From positions 1 through 58,288 of the IMG/VR virus record IMGVR_UViG_3300045988_054519: 58,288 bases of DNA; one strand, given 5' to 3'. This document shows positions 9,062 to 18,974 of the stretch, piece by piece. A model generated the notes under the pieces. The model was not told the origin of the DNA. It did no database searches and saw only the letters and a program-made list of their open reading frames with translations. Within the stretch, counting starts at the first letter, position 1, and each line of letters begins with the position of its first letter. The DNA is from a virus. The position numbers were made by a program, and so were the translations under genes.

Positions 9062-12000
9062 TTAGACCGGAAACGGACTCAATCCCGTGACCGTAGCATA
9101 TTTTTCCGCGCCTTTTTGAACCACTTTAAATGTTCCCATTTCGTTCGGCTCAAATTCCACGCCTACTTGTACGCTGCTTGATTGTAATGCGCGCGTCATT
9201 CCGTTAAATGCGGCACTTTCAATCTCGGCTGATATGTCAACACCAACACTTGATTTTATAGCCTCTGTGGTCACATTTGACGGTGTATAACTTATGTTTG
9301 CACTGTTAATCTGCGGTGTAGCCGTATATGTTGTCTGTTTCGCCCAATCGGACATTATCTTTCGGGTACTATCTATTTGGTCTTGAATACCATTATTATA
9401 TCCCTCAATGGTATAAACACCGTATTCCTCAAACACCTTTGACGGAGAATGTATTCCAAGTGTTTTCTTGAAAGCATTTTTAAAGGAATTAGCGGCAGAA
9501 ATAATCGTATTTTTTGCTCCGCTAAGCGTTTCATTGTTTTCAAGTCCTTTTTTAAGACCTGCCCATATGTTCTTACCATAAGTAACAAAGCCGTCATAAT
9601 TGAATGTTTTGCCAAAATAATTACCTATTGTAAGCATTGATGAATGTACAAGCACCGCGGTTTCTCTCAGTTTCTTACCGATATACGAATTTGCCCCAGG
9701 TAATGTATTACCCATATTAGCAAATCTCTGACGTGTAGCATTAATGTTGTTGTGCATTGTCTGCATTACGCCGACGGTTGTAGTCTTCATTCCGGATAAG
9801 CTTTTATTAATGCTTGCGGTCGCATTCGCTGTCGCGTTAGCCTGATCAGTTGCATTATTAACGTATTCATTCGTATAATAATCTTCATCTGACATAAGCT
9901 GCTTATAGGTAGTCTGTAAGTCGGTATACGCGCCGTTTATCTCTTGATAGTTCTGATTAGCTTCAAGCCAAGCCTCTTCCGCACTATCTCTTAACTTCTG
10001 TATGCGGATTGCTTCATTGTTGGCTTTTTCCCATTCCTCTTGTGAACCGCTCATAAGAAGTTCATCAGCGCGTTTTTTAGCTTCATTGTACTGTTTATTG
10101 TACTCTCTAAGTTCTGCCGCTGTATTCAGCCATTTTTTACGCTTATCCGTATACTCATCTTCCATATCGTTGAGTTTCTTTTGCGTATCATACATATCTT
10201 CATATGTTTTAGTGAGTGCTTTTTGGGCGGCTTCGGTTTTGGCTTTCTTTTTAAGCTGTGCTATATAGCTTTTAAGGTTTTTCGCTAAATCCTCGTAGCT
10301 TAAGTTTTGGTCATCAAGTATGCTTTGCAATTCCGGTGCCTGATCTACCATAGCATCGTGATACATCTGCATTTTGGCTTGCTCTTCATTTGTAAGCTGT
10401 TCTTTTCCGGCAAGTTCAAGATAGCCGTCCGCCAAAGTGTCTAGTGCTTTAAAACTGTATTCTGTCTGGCTGTACTCCTCTAATGTTGCCTTAGAGTTTG
10501 ACATTATAGTATCAACATAGCTTGTTGTATCTTCAACTAACTTCTTGACACTTTCAGATACACGGTCGGCGTGCAAATATTCAATACGTTCCGTGTATTG
10601 CTCCATACCTTTTTGAACATCGCTGTTCATCTTAAGCATTACCGCCGCAAAGGCAGCCGGAATAAGCATTAATGGGCTTTTTAAACCTTGTAAGATTGCA
10701 TCTCCTGCTACATACCCAAGGTTCTGCGCGCCGGTTGTTGTTGCCGTTGCAAGTGCCGTATTTGAAAACGCCGCTGTAATGCCTATCTTAAGGTTTTTAG
10801 CAAGTGTTGCGCCTAATCCGGTAAACTTCATTACCGCAAAAGCCGTGATAATTGCTGTTTCAAACGGTGCCGACTCAAACGCTCCGAACCAAAGTTCCGC
10901 TAACATCTTCCATATATTGAATTGAAGTTTTAATGCAGATTTTAAAATTTTAGGCCAATTAAGTCCGGCAAGGAAATCTCCGATGTTGTTACCGATTTTG
11001 TACCAATTTACTTTCTCAATCGCTTCACTAAAGAAGTCAAATATACCTCTTACAAGCTTCGATACATCTTTACCAAGTGTAAGGTAATCCCCTATTTTGA
11101 TATCTTCAATCATCTTTTCAAAAGGTGCGGTAAACTTCGATAATTTATCCGCCCACTTTTGTGAGTCATTCTGCATATTCGCAAAGGCTTTGTTCCAAAC
11201 CTTTTCGTAATCTTCCGTAGCCTTAAGGATTTCGTCTGTAAGGTCAAGCGTGTCTTTTGCGCCTGCCGTTTTGCCGTTGCTCGTATCGCTCTGTTCCGTA
11301 AGCTTATTGATTTCATCAAAACCCATAAGCTGATTTTGCCACTTTTTGGCAGCCGCGGCTGCATTATCGTAGCTGTCCGCAACATCATCCACGGCACCGC
11401 TTTCCTCTTTGTAACCGCTTTGACCGAAACTTTCAAAGTCAATCTTAATTCCCATAAGGGACGCAATGTTTACTAGCAGTCGCTTAACCGCAATCGTAGC
11501 ACCGTTGATAACCGGTAAAACCTTTTGCAACATCGGTATAAACAACTGACCTAATACCATTCCGGTCTCCTTAAAGTTCGTGCTAAGCTGACGTATCATA
11601 TTACTTGGCGAATTTATTGTATTAGCTAAATCGCCCCACGATACTTTGCTTTGGTCGAGAATTGCAAGAACTCTTAATTGCTGCTTTTCCATCTGCGACA
11701 TTTCGCTTATGGATTTTTCGATGCCTAAATTATAGGCATATGTCTGTAATGTAGCATTCGTTATATCAATGCCGTACTTGTACAATGCCCTTGATTGACC
11801 GATTAAGCCACTTTGTAAGTTCGTTGCTACCGTTGAGTAATCAACATTAAAAAGTGAACTAATATCGCCTGCAAGCATTGTCATCGACTTTGCTATCGCG
11901 GTCGTTGTCTCTCCGCTCTGCCCTAATGAGTTAGTTACCGATGCAAGCTGTGACGCATATTGCGTAACCTCTTGTATATTCAGTCCAAGGTTTTTTGCAC

Positions 12001-13189
12001 CGCTTTCCACAAGAAGTCCTGCGTCTATATCAACCTTAAGACCGGATAACTTACCTAATTTATCGTTTACGCGCTTTGCGAAACTGTTTGCGTATTCTGT
12101 GGCATTGTCATAGCCGTACTTGGCAAATTCATCGCCCCATTCCGAGCCGACCTTATTAAAAGCTACGGTATAATAGTTAAATGCCTCGATGTAATCCGTT
12201 GTGCTTTGGATTGCACTGTTTAATTTTTTTACGCCGCGGATAACCCAAAAGAAATTCGCGTACAGCTTACCAAATACCTGCGCAAGGCTCACTGTTTTGG
12301 CTTTTGTCGTTGTGGCACTCCTTGATACGTTATCAAGTCCTTTTTGTATTCGGTTTGATGCCGTTCCTGCTTTACTGCCTTGTGCCGCAAGGTTGGCAAT
12401 CGCGTTTGTCATCTGTATAAGATTATTGCTTACCTGCGGTGCCGTTGCCAAGGTTGCCATAAGGTTCTTAATCGCTTGTGCCAACTGCGGAATGTTGGTT
12501 ATCGCTCTGCCCGATGCAACACCGCCAAGTCTTGATATTGAACTTGTGAGACTGTACAGTCTATTTACGTCAAAGCTAATAGAGCCTATGTCATTCATCT
12601 GTCGGACAAAATTCTGTAACTGCGTCGATATTCCCGGTAAATTTGCCGTGGCATTGCTTGATATATTCGTACCAAGCCTTGATACTGTGTATATCAGATT
12701 CGACAGTCCGGTAACATCAAAATTAAGGCTTCCGACAGAGTTCATCCCTTGTATGAATTGCACAAGGTCATCTTTCATACGGAGCAAATTGTCTGTTCCG
12801 GCTGTAGATTTTACACCGCCAAGTTTTGATATTGCGTTTACAAGGCCGGCTATTCCGCTTGCGTCTATACTCTGTGCCGCCGCCATACCATTCGCAAGGT
12901 TCTGTAGTGCTGAGGAAATCCCATATATCGAGTTTGTATCGACAGATGAGAATTTCATAAGACTTCGTGCTAAAGAGGTTATTTCGGCTGATTTGCCACC
13001 TTTAAAGCCGGTTGCCGCATCTGATACTTGTCTGATACTTGTCGCAATGTTCATCAGCTTGTGTGTATCTACGCCAAGGCTTTGTGACATCTTAAGCATA
13101 CTGTTAGCCAAGCGGTCTATCGCATTGCTTGCCTTAGTCGCTTCGGCTTCGACTTGTATCTTCAAGCGGTCAATGTCGTTATCTGCCAT
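9062..13189 (-). CDS. Tape measure protein
   Basis: Longest ORF (1375 aa). Ala/Ser/Asn-rich helical sequence, positioned between the chaperone pair and the distal tail genes. Confidence 0.9.
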   Translation of the reverse strand: MADNDIDRLKIQVEAEATKASNAIDRLANSMLKMSQSLGVDTHKLMNIATSIRQVSDAATGFKGGKSAEITSLARSLMKFSSVDTNSIYGISSALQNLANGMAAAQSIDASGIAGLVNAISKLGGVKSTAGTDNLLRMKDDLVQFIQGMNSVGSLNFDVTGLSNLIYTVSRLGTNISSNATANLPGISTQLQNFVRQMNDIGSISFDVNRLYSLTSSISRLGGVASGRAITNIPQLAQAIKNLMATLATAPQVSNNLIQMTNAIANLAAQGSKAGTASNRIQKGLDNVSRSATTTKAKTVSLAQVFGKLYANFFWVIRGVKKLNSAIQSTTDYIEAFNYYTVAFNKVGSEWGDEFAKYGYDNATEYANSFAKRVNDKLGKLSGLKVDIDAGLLVESGAKNLGLNIQEVTQYASQLASVTNSLGQSGETTTAIAKSMTMLAGDISSLFNVDYSTVATNLQSGLIGQSRALYKYGIDITNATLQTYAYNLGIEKSISEMSQMEKQQLRVLAILDQSKVSWGDLANTINSPSNMIRQLSTNFKETGMVLGQLFIPMLQKVLPVINGATIAVKRLLVNIASLMGIKIDFESFGQSGYKEESGAVDDVADSYDNAAAAAKKWQNQLMGFDEINKLTEQSDTSNGKTAGAKDTLDLTDEILKATEDYEKVWNKAFANMQNDSQKWADKLSKFTAPFEKMIEDIKIGDYLTLGKDVSKLVRGIFDFFSEAIEKVNWYKIGNNIGDFLAGLNWPKILKSALKLQFNIWKMLAELWFGAFESAPFETAIITAFAVMKFTGLGATLAKNLKIGITAAFSNTALATATTTGAQNLGYVAGDAILQGLKSPLMLIPAAFAAVMLKMNSDVQKGMEQYTERIEYLHADRVSESVKKLVEDTTSYVDTIMSNSKATLEEYSQTEYSFKALDTLADGYLELAGKEQLTNEEQAKMQMYHDAMVDQAPELQSILDDQNLSYEDLAKNLKSYIAQLKKKAKTEAAQKALTKTYEDMYDTQKKLNDMEDEYTDKRKKWLNTAAELREYNKQYNEAKKRADELLMSGSQEEWEKANNEAIRIQKLRDSAEEAWLEANQNYQEINGAYTDLQTTYKQLMSDEDYYTNEYVNNATDQANATANATASINKSLSGMKTTTVGVMQTMHNNINATRQRFANMGNTLPGANSYIGKKLRETAVLVHSSMLTIGNYFGKTFNYDGFVTYGKNIWAGLKKGLENNETLSGAKNTIISAANSFKNAFKKTLGIHSPSKVFEEYGVYTIEGYNNGIQDQIDSTRKIMSDWAKQTTYTATPQINSANISYTPSNVTTEAIKSSVGVDISAEIESAAFNGMTRALQSSSVQVGVEFEPNEMGTFKVVQKGAEKYATVTGLSPFPV

Positions 13190-13243
13190 TTTTGCACCTA
13201 CTTTCTCTATTTAATTTATAAAAAAATAAAGGGCAGTACGCCG

Positions 13244-13618
13244 TTAAGCTGTACCGCCCTCGTCTTTCTTTGGATGGTTTAAATCCCAATTTATCTTCAT
13301 CGTGCGCATCTTAAGTACAAACGCCTTGCGCTGTCGGTCAAGTTCTTCCGGAGATAATATTTCTTCCCCATTCTCGTCAACCTCAGGCGGACCTGATTTG
13401 TCGCTGTTTGGGCGTTCCGGAAAATCGACTTTCTTTTTGCCAAGAATACCGTTATTTGAGCCAAGGGCAACCATCGGTATTCCGTACTCACGCGACATAC
13501 TCCACACAAGAGTATCAATGCGCCGCTGTTTCATTTTTTCGCCCTCAATACACAATGCAAGTTTGGTTGGGTTAAGGTGTTTAAACTCCGTTAAGGATAT
13601 TCCAAGCGAAAAAGCCAT
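13244..13618 (-). CDS. Tail assembly chaperone, T-like part (possibly made as a -1 frameshift fusion with 13639..14112)
   Basis: This frame stays open upstream of its ATG through the 3' end of the preceding ORF (my translation ..SRQDTTRPQETDFHKIIWEEYFPMAF). Canonical position before the tape measure. Confidence 0.55.
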   Translation of the reverse strand: MAFSLGISLTEFKHLNPTKLALCIEGEKMKQRRIDTLVWSMSREYGIPMVALGSNNGILGKKKVDFPERPNSDKSGPPEVDENGEEILSPEELDRQRKAFVLKMRTMKINWDLNHPKKDEGGTA

Positions 13619-13638
13619 AGGGAAGTATTCTTCCCATA

Positions 13639-14112
13639 TTATTTTGTGGAAGTCGGTTTCTTGTGGTCTTGTGGTGTCTTGACGGCTTTGATTGTTTTCT
13701 TCTCTTCCTCCGGCTCCGCTTCCTTGAGCATCGCCGTTATGCCCGCAAGGTCGAAAAAACCGTCAGTTTCCATACACTCTGTCAATTCCATAAACACATC
13801 GCGGAATGACAGCTTGTTCTCCCTCATATAGTCCTTAAGAAGTGCGTGTGCATCTTCTTCCGGCATATCGTGATGTTCAAGTAATCCGGCATAGAAAGCC
13901 GACTTAACGATGCCCGGTATATCGCCTACCATAGATGCTGTTCCGTTAATAATTCCGCTTGCTGTCGGTGTTCCGTCAACGGATATGCCCTCTTCAACCA
14001 TATATGCACCGCTCTTAACCTTGAACATTTTCTGCACGGTGTTTTTGTGTTCAGCCGCATCAAAGCCGAACTCTAATTTATATTCATTGCCTTTTACAGT
14101 AATAGTTTTCAT
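13639..14112 (-). CDS. Tail assembly chaperone, G-like
   Basis: 157-aa acidic protein between the major tail protein and the tape measure. Ends ACA AAA TAA. Confidence 0.6.
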   Translation of the reverse strand: MKTITVKGNEYKLEFGFDAAEHKNTVQKMFKVKSGAYMVEEGISVDGTPTASGIINGTASMVGDIPGIVKSAFYAGLLEHHDMPEEDAHALLKDYMRENKLSFRDVFMELTECMETDGFFDLAGITAMLKEAEPEEEKKTIKAVKTPQDHKKPTSTK

Positions 14113-14289
14113 TGTTTATACCTTTTACCTTTCCTCCCATGTCTTACACATAGGAAAGGGGCAGTCCGTAGACCGCCCTTTCTGTCAATAGTTACTCCGT
14201 ACCGTTAAGGTACTGCGTATAGTCGGCTGTTTCTGTGTCTGTGCCATTCGATACAGCCTTTTTAACCACGTTGTCAGTCGAATGGCTAA

Positions 14290-14766
14290 CTATTCCCCCG
14301 ATGTCGGGGTAACGGCTTCGTCTGTACCAATCATCTCATCCAAGATAAGATTGATTGTCATAATGTTAAGTTCATTCTGTGCCTTGCTTGTAACTGGAAG
14401 TTTAGACGGCGGTGTCGCTACGAAAAACTCCGCTTTTGTGATGCCCGGTGTTATCTCCTGGAACCACATTCTCTTGCCGCCGTCAAGCTTCTTATGAGTA
14501 GCAATCAAATCTTCCCACTCTTTAAGTGTGTCATCTGTCTTGTTGACGCCTACTGCCACCGTATCTGTTAAGGTATCTCTGCCGGCGATGTTGCGCGTCT
14601 GCAAATCCTCAAGCGCGGATGCGTCTATCGCTTCCGGTGTAACCGTAATTTCGTCAATCGAATTAATACGAGTTAAAAGCTTGAATGCTGTAGGTTTTGT
14701 GCCGGCTGTTGGTTCAACGCCGTAGGAAAATGTTACGCCAAGGTTTGATACTCCTGCTGTTGCCAT
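14290..14766 (-). CDS. Major tail (tube) protein
   Basis: 158 aa, position and composition typical of siphovirus tube proteins. A strong hairpin follows the gene. Confidence 0.7.
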   Translation of the reverse strand: MATAGVSNLGVTFSYGVEPTAGTKPTAFKLLTRINSIDEITVTPEAIDASALEDLQTRNIAGRDTLTDTVAVGVNKTDDTLKEWEDLIATHKKLDGGKRMWFQEITPGITKAEFFVATPPSKLPVTSKAQNELNIMTINLILDEMIGTDEAVTPTSGE

Positions 14767-14816
14767 TGTGTTTTACCTCCTAATTTTGTGTAAAAAAATA
14801 AGACCTTAAAGGTCTT

Positions 14817-15233
14817 TCATGTTAGTGTGTCGTTTGCGCCGATTATTCGTCTGAACCGCGCATCACTTCTGTATATTCCGCCGGACGTCTTAATTTCCGG
14901 CATCGCGATTGCTTTGAATCGCATCGTTTTAAAAATATCAGCGATAGCACTCATTACTTCTCTTGCATCGCTGCTATCCTTATTCGTACTTACCTTGACT
15001 TGCACTGTCGCTCTGACAGCATTAATTGTCTGTCCGCCAAGGTCTGCTCCCTCTTCCACGGATGACAGAGAGTGTATATATACTGTCGGGAATTGTGGGC
15101 TTGACGATGTTTCCTCTTCGTCCGTGACAAACAGTGTCGGATATTTCGCAACAAGCTGTTCTTTCGCTCTTGCTGATACAATCGAATATATTATCTTGTC
15201 AAGGTCATACGCCCACTGATTATCACTAGTCAT
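14817..15233 (-). CDS. Tail completion / tail terminator-like protein
   Basis: Gene order: connector, adaptor, gp10-like, this ORF, major tail protein. Confidence 0.5.
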   Translation of the reverse strand: MTSDNQWAYDLDKIIYSIVSARAKEQLVAKYPTLFVTDEEETSSSPQFPTVYIHSLSSVEEGADLGGQTINAVRATVQVKVSTNKDSSDAREVMSAIADIFKTMRFKAIAMPEIKTSGGIYRSDARFRRIIGANDTLT

Positions 15234-15756
15234 TGCCGAACACCTCTCTTGCTGTGCTTACAATAATCTCTCTAAGTTCGTTTGCCGTATTATACATAAA
15301 CGGTCTTGACGGCATACCCTCGGTAAAATACCAATTACCGTTATCGCCCGGATAAAACCATCCGTATCTGCCGTCCGTAAGCTGTCTGATTGTCTTACCG
15401 CTTGCGTATTGCCAAGTCACACCGTCCGGCAATTTGCCTTTGTATGGACTGCTCTGCCCAACTGTGCCGGTTCCAAACTCAACAAACATTGCATGGTCTG
15501 TTCCGGCTACTACCGCCCATACACCGCCACCGCGAACCGATGTTTCGTATTCTGAATGAATACTTTCTATCAATTCGCGTTTGAAGATTGCATCAAGGTC
15601 TGCCAATTGCACTCTCGCGATTTCTACGCCCTTTTCAGCAAGTTTTTCGACTAATAACTGACATTTATATGTCAGAGAATTAGAGTAACTTTTTAGGGCG
15701 TTTACGGCGTTCAGGATGGATTGTTGTGAAAACATATTGACTGTGATTGTCGGCAT
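15226..15756 (-). CDS. HK97 gp10-family head-tail joining protein
   Basis: MFVEFGTGTVG motif, plus position in the connector module. Confidence 0.65.
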   Translation of the reverse strand: MPTITVNMFSQQSILNAVNALKSYSNSLTYKCQLLVEKLAEKGVEIARVQLADLDAIFKRELIESIHSEYETSVRGGGVWAVVAGTDHAMFVEFGTGTVGQSSPYKGKLPDGVTWQYASGKTIRQLTDGRYGWFYPGDNGNWYFTEGMPSRPFMYNTANELREIIVSTAREVFGND

Positions 15757-15759
15757 ATT

Positions 15760-16191
15760 CTACCTCACATTCTTCTGCAGCAAGAATAAGTCCACTGTCA
15801 ATCCCTCGTCTGCTACGCCTTTGACAATGTAATCGGCCGTGGTAACGTCAACAAGGTTGTTTTTATCTCTGCCAACAGCCGATGACTTCCATATGTAGTC
15901 GCCGGTTTTAATCGGTAACGCGCCTTTATCCGTTACTATCTGAAGATAGCTTGTGCTGTCATCAATACCAAATTCCTTTATCAAGACTTCTGATAACTTG
16001 TTATTAATGCTCGCACGGAATGTAACCGGGTCAGAATACCCGATTACAGTATCTTTTATGACCGGTATCGGCTTACCGTCTGCGGTTGTGTATTTCGTGT
16101 ACACGATGTTTCCATCGCTGTCTCTTTCGTATATCTCTACTTTCTCGCCTTGTCGAGAGTATTTCATCGTTTGTTTATTGATTTCAAGCAT
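15760..16191 (-). CDS. Head-tail adaptor / head closure protein
   Basis: 143 aa. Called from synteny in the connector module. Confidence 0.5.
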   Translation of the reverse strand: MLEINKQTMKYSRQGEKVEIYERDSDGNIVYTKYTTADGKPIPVIKDTVIGYSDPVTFRASINNKLSEVLIKEFGIDDSTSYLQIVTDKGALPIKTGDYIWKSSAVGRDKNNLVDVTTADYIVKGVADEGLTVDLFLLQKNVR

Positions 16192-16462
16192 CGTCTTTCT
16201 TTGTGGCCTGCTTGTATACCTGATTTACACCGGTACTTGCTAAACCTGATACAATTCCGACCGCAATCGCATTGAGAATGTCTGTTGCCGGGAAGTCCGG
16301 TATTACATACATTCCGATTACGCCCAATATACCGCCTACAATTCCTACAATTATCGGAATTGCCTTATCAGGAATTACCTTAATGGCTTTTGCCGCAAGT
16401 CCTACAAGATACGCAATTACTACTATTGCAAGTACAGTTCCTACTTGTGTTATATCAATCAT
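16184..16462 (-). CDS. Holin (Listeria phage A118 Hol118-like architecture)
   Basis: 92 aa with three hydrophobic segments and a charged tail KQATKKDDA. The pattern IKVIPDKAIPIIVGIVGGILG...AVGIVSGLASTG resembles Hol118-type holins. Confidence 0.65.
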   Translation of the reverse strand: MIDITQVGTVLAIVVIAYLVGLAAKAIKVIPDKAIPIIVGIVGGILGVIGMYVIPDFPATDILNAIAVGIVSGLASTGVNQVYKQATKKDDA

Positions 16463-16466
16463 AGTT

Positions 16467-16790
16467 TTATGTCTCCTTCTCTCCGTTTATTCGGATTTCC
16501 AACCCGTCAAGTCTGTGATGCAAGCTTTTTACACTCTCTTCAACCTTGATAATACGGTCATTATGCGAATTGATTTCCTTCCGCATCTCCGACACTTCAT
16601 TCTTAATATCCGTAGTGTTTGTCGAGATTGCATCCAACTTCATGTTGATACGCGTATTCTCTTTTACGCGCTCTTCTATATCTTTTGTGTCGGTTCTTTT
16701 GCTGTTTCGACACGAAAAGCATATGCTTATAATGCCGAAAATAAAAGAAAGCGTCACTGCTATTATGCTTACTACTGTCGATGCAGTCAT
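16467..16790 (-). CDS. Membrane-anchored coiled-coil protein (XhlA-like lysis accessory candidate)
   Basis: ATG 16790 follows AAAGGCGG. N-terminal TM VVSIIAVTLSFIFGIISICF followed by a heptad-rich helix. Adjacent to the holin. Confidence 0.5.
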   Translation of the reverse strand: MTASTVVSIIAVTLSFIFGIISICFSCRNSKRTDTKDIEERVKENTRINMKLDAISTNTTDIKNEVSEMRKEINSHNDRIIKVEESVKSLHHRLDGLEIRINGEKET

Positions 16791-16909
16791 AACATACCGC
16801 CTTTCTTCGTAAAATGGCACACCGCCCACCACCCTTAAAGTGTGCCGCCTGCAACCTTTACGGTCACGCACAATCTTCTTTTAATGCCCTAAAGGCGTTG
16901 TTAAACAGC

Positions 16910-17275
16910 TTATAATCCTTTAACAAAAGGAATTACGTCCGACATCAGCTTGTTACGTTCAACCCATTTACGGCTTACGCCATTCTCGGAATATGTTTCC
17001 ATATATGCCTCGCCGGCTTGCGAATGGTCGTACACAACAAGGTTGACAATAACGTCCTCGTAATTCGCCATATCTGCCGCAATCTGCTCTTCTGTGTAAC
17101 TGCTAGGGTAATTACGCCTTTTTTTTATTTCATTTTCAACCTGCTTAATCAGCTGTTGGATGTACAGATTGTCTTCTTTGCTGTCGAACACAACCACATC
17201 TTCTCCGGTTTCATCTTCAATATGAAATTGTTTAAGTCGTATCTTGACTTGCTCTAATATGGTGTATTCGTCCAT
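16910..17275 (-). CDS. Head-tail connector (gp6-like / DNA-packaging QLRG-type)
   Basis: 121 aa with an LEQVKIRLKQ..ED N-terminal pattern. Lies shortly downstream of the capsid gene, after one small ORF. Confidence 0.6.
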   Translation of the reverse strand: MDEYTILEQVKIRLKQFHIEDETGEDVVVFDSKEDNLYIQQLIKQVENEIKKRRNYPSSYTEEQIAADMANYEDVIVNLVVYDHSQAGEAYMETYSENGVSRKWVERNKLMSDVIPFVKGL

Positions 17276-17284
17276 TGTTTGCTC

Positions 17285-17506
17285 CTACAATCCTAACTTC
17301 TCGATTAACAGTTTCTTAAGTTCGGCTCCCGTAAGTTCTTCCGCATTTTCTACGCCTTGTTCAACGGCAAAAGATTGTAAATCCGCTGTGGACATACGAT
17401 TTATAGCTGTTTTGCTATACTCAAAAGAGGCTCCAGTGTTATCTGGAACCTCTTCTCCTGCATTATACCATTTGCCATTAAGAACAACTATATGTGGGTA
17501 TTTCAT
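17285..17506 (-). CDS. Small hypothetical protein with a C-terminal HeH/SAP-like helix pair
   Basis: 73 aa. ADLQSFAVEQGVENAEELTGAELKKLLIEKLGL. Confidence 0.5.
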   Translation of the reverse strand: MKYPHIVVLNGKWYNAGEEVPDNTGASFEYSKTAINRMSTADLQSFAVEQGVENAEELTGAELKKLLIEKLGL

Positions 17507-17517
17507 AAACTGTCCTC

Positions 17518-18591
17518 CTACAATTCGCTATGAACCTCATAAACAAATGTGCTGTCCATATTTTCATATGACGGAAGTACAACTTCCGATGCAAACGTGG
17601 ACATCTTCATAGGCGGACCGTACTCTACCTTTGTGGCAACTGTGATACCAATGCCATATGTAGTCACGTCAACATTGGCTACCTGCCTTGCTGTTCTTTC
17701 TTCCGGTGTAGTTCCAAACCAAGTTTTTCCAAGGTCTCCCTCCGGAAGAAGAGTTACTTTATCATTTGGGTAAAAATACTGTTCATTGCCGGCATCGTCA
17801 ATGTACATCTTATCGTAAAGTACGATAGTGAGCTTTGTTCTCTTCTGCACTACTGAAATAACAGTGTCATCATCAACTTCAATTGTTGCTGTAAGGTTCT
17901 GCGCCAGGATTGAGTTTCTTATCTGTGCATTATCAAGCAAATATTGGAATGTGTTGCTGTTCATAAGCACATATCTAGCAATTTTGCCCTGCTTTTGCAG
18001 TTTTTTCCTTGCGTTATCAAGGTCTGTGAGTGGCTTCGAATTTGCTGTGTCACTCCACATGCTTGTGCCGGAAAGCTTTGCATAGTGATTAGCTGCATAC
18101 GTTCCGTCTTTGTCGTAATCATAAGCATACTGAACGCCGTCGCTCTCGATAGCAATTACCGGATGACCTGCATTAGTCGCAAGAAGTGACATTCTCATGC
18201 GCTCCGGAACTACTTCCGCACCACTTACAAGTGTATTTGTATCGTCATATACACTTGATAAGGCACTTGCAAGATAAGGGTCATCAGCGGACTGAATACG
18301 CTCAATTTCAAGCATTTCCTCTTCGCCTATGGTCATTCCCTCGCGGAAAAATGCCATCTGTGTTTTCTCTTTGCTTAATCCTTCTCTTGCTCTAAGTGTC
18401 GGGATAGAGTCAAAATTAGATGGAGCAAGTGACACCGGAAGACCCTTATGTGTCTTAATCCAACTTAAATCAAGTCCTTGTTTCTTTCTCTCCGGAAACC
18501 ACTGTAATCCAAGGTATGGTATCTGGTTACTAGCATTTTCTGTCGCTGATAAAGCAATAGATTTACTATCTAATACATCATTTATTAACAT
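17518..18591 (-). CDS. Major capsid protein (capsid protein E-like family)
   Basis: 357 aa following the decoration-like and scaffold genes. N-terminal pattern is typical of E-family capsids. Confidence 0.8.
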   Translation of the reverse strand: MLINDVLDSKSIALSATENASNQIPYLGLQWFPERKKQGLDLSWIKTHKGLPVSLAPSNFDSIPTLRAREGLSKEKTQMAFFREGMTIGEEEMLEIERIQSADDPYLASALSSVYDDTNTLVSGAEVVPERMRMSLLATNAGHPVIAIESDGVQYAYDYDKDGTYAANHYAKLSGTSMWSDTANSKPLTDLDNARKKLQKQGKIARYVLMNSNTFQYLLDNAQIRNSILAQNLTATIEVDDDTVISVVQKRTKLTIVLYDKMYIDDAGNEQYFYPNDKVTLLPEGDLGKTWFGTTPEERTARQVANVDVTTYGIGITVATKVEYGPPMKMSTFASEVVLPSYENMDSTFVYEVHSEL

Positions 18592-18606
18592 TTGTTCAAC
18601 CTCCTG

Positions 18607-18960
18607 TTATTCAAATACGATCATTGGAAGAGCTGTCTTAACTGTTGCGTCATATGTAACGCCGGAATGTGTTTCTGCCACTTTCGTGTTAAGATATGCT
18701 TTCTTAAGAAGTACGCCCTGTGGTCTATCTTCTGTCACGTCAAATCTCAAGATGCCAACTACGGTTGCCGTGTTGTCTACTTTTCCGGTTTTTCCGATTG
18801 GTGTTCCGGCCTTAACGATCTTTTTACCATCTGCGTTTTTTTCTGTTACGTCCTCGAAATCGAGTGTCAGCGGGATTGCTTCGTTAGGTTCGCGCTTTAA
18901 AATCTGAACATCGCCCGCATATGTAGTTGTCTCATACTGCATATTCATTTCTTTCGCCAT
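18607..18960 (-). CDS. Head decoration-like protein
   Basis: 117 aa between the scaffold and the capsid gene. Confidence 0.5.
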   Translation of the reverse strand: MAKEMNMQYETTTYAGDVQILKREPNEAIPLTLDFEDVTEKNADGKKIVKAGTPIGKTGKVDNTATVVGILRFDVTEDRPQGVLLKKAYLNTKVAETHSGVTYDATVKTALPMIVFE

Positions 18961-18974
18961 TTTTTTGCCTCCTG

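Noticed and set aside
12201-13214. 337-aa plus-strand ORF antisense to the tape measure gene, plus similar antisense ORFs at 6020-6484, 6898-7287, 16272-16838, 18329-18907, 21954-22499 and 54356-54784
   Set aside because: These are low-complexity Leu/Ser/Phe/Cys-rich translations fully contained in strong minus-strand genes, a typical shadow-ORF artefact.
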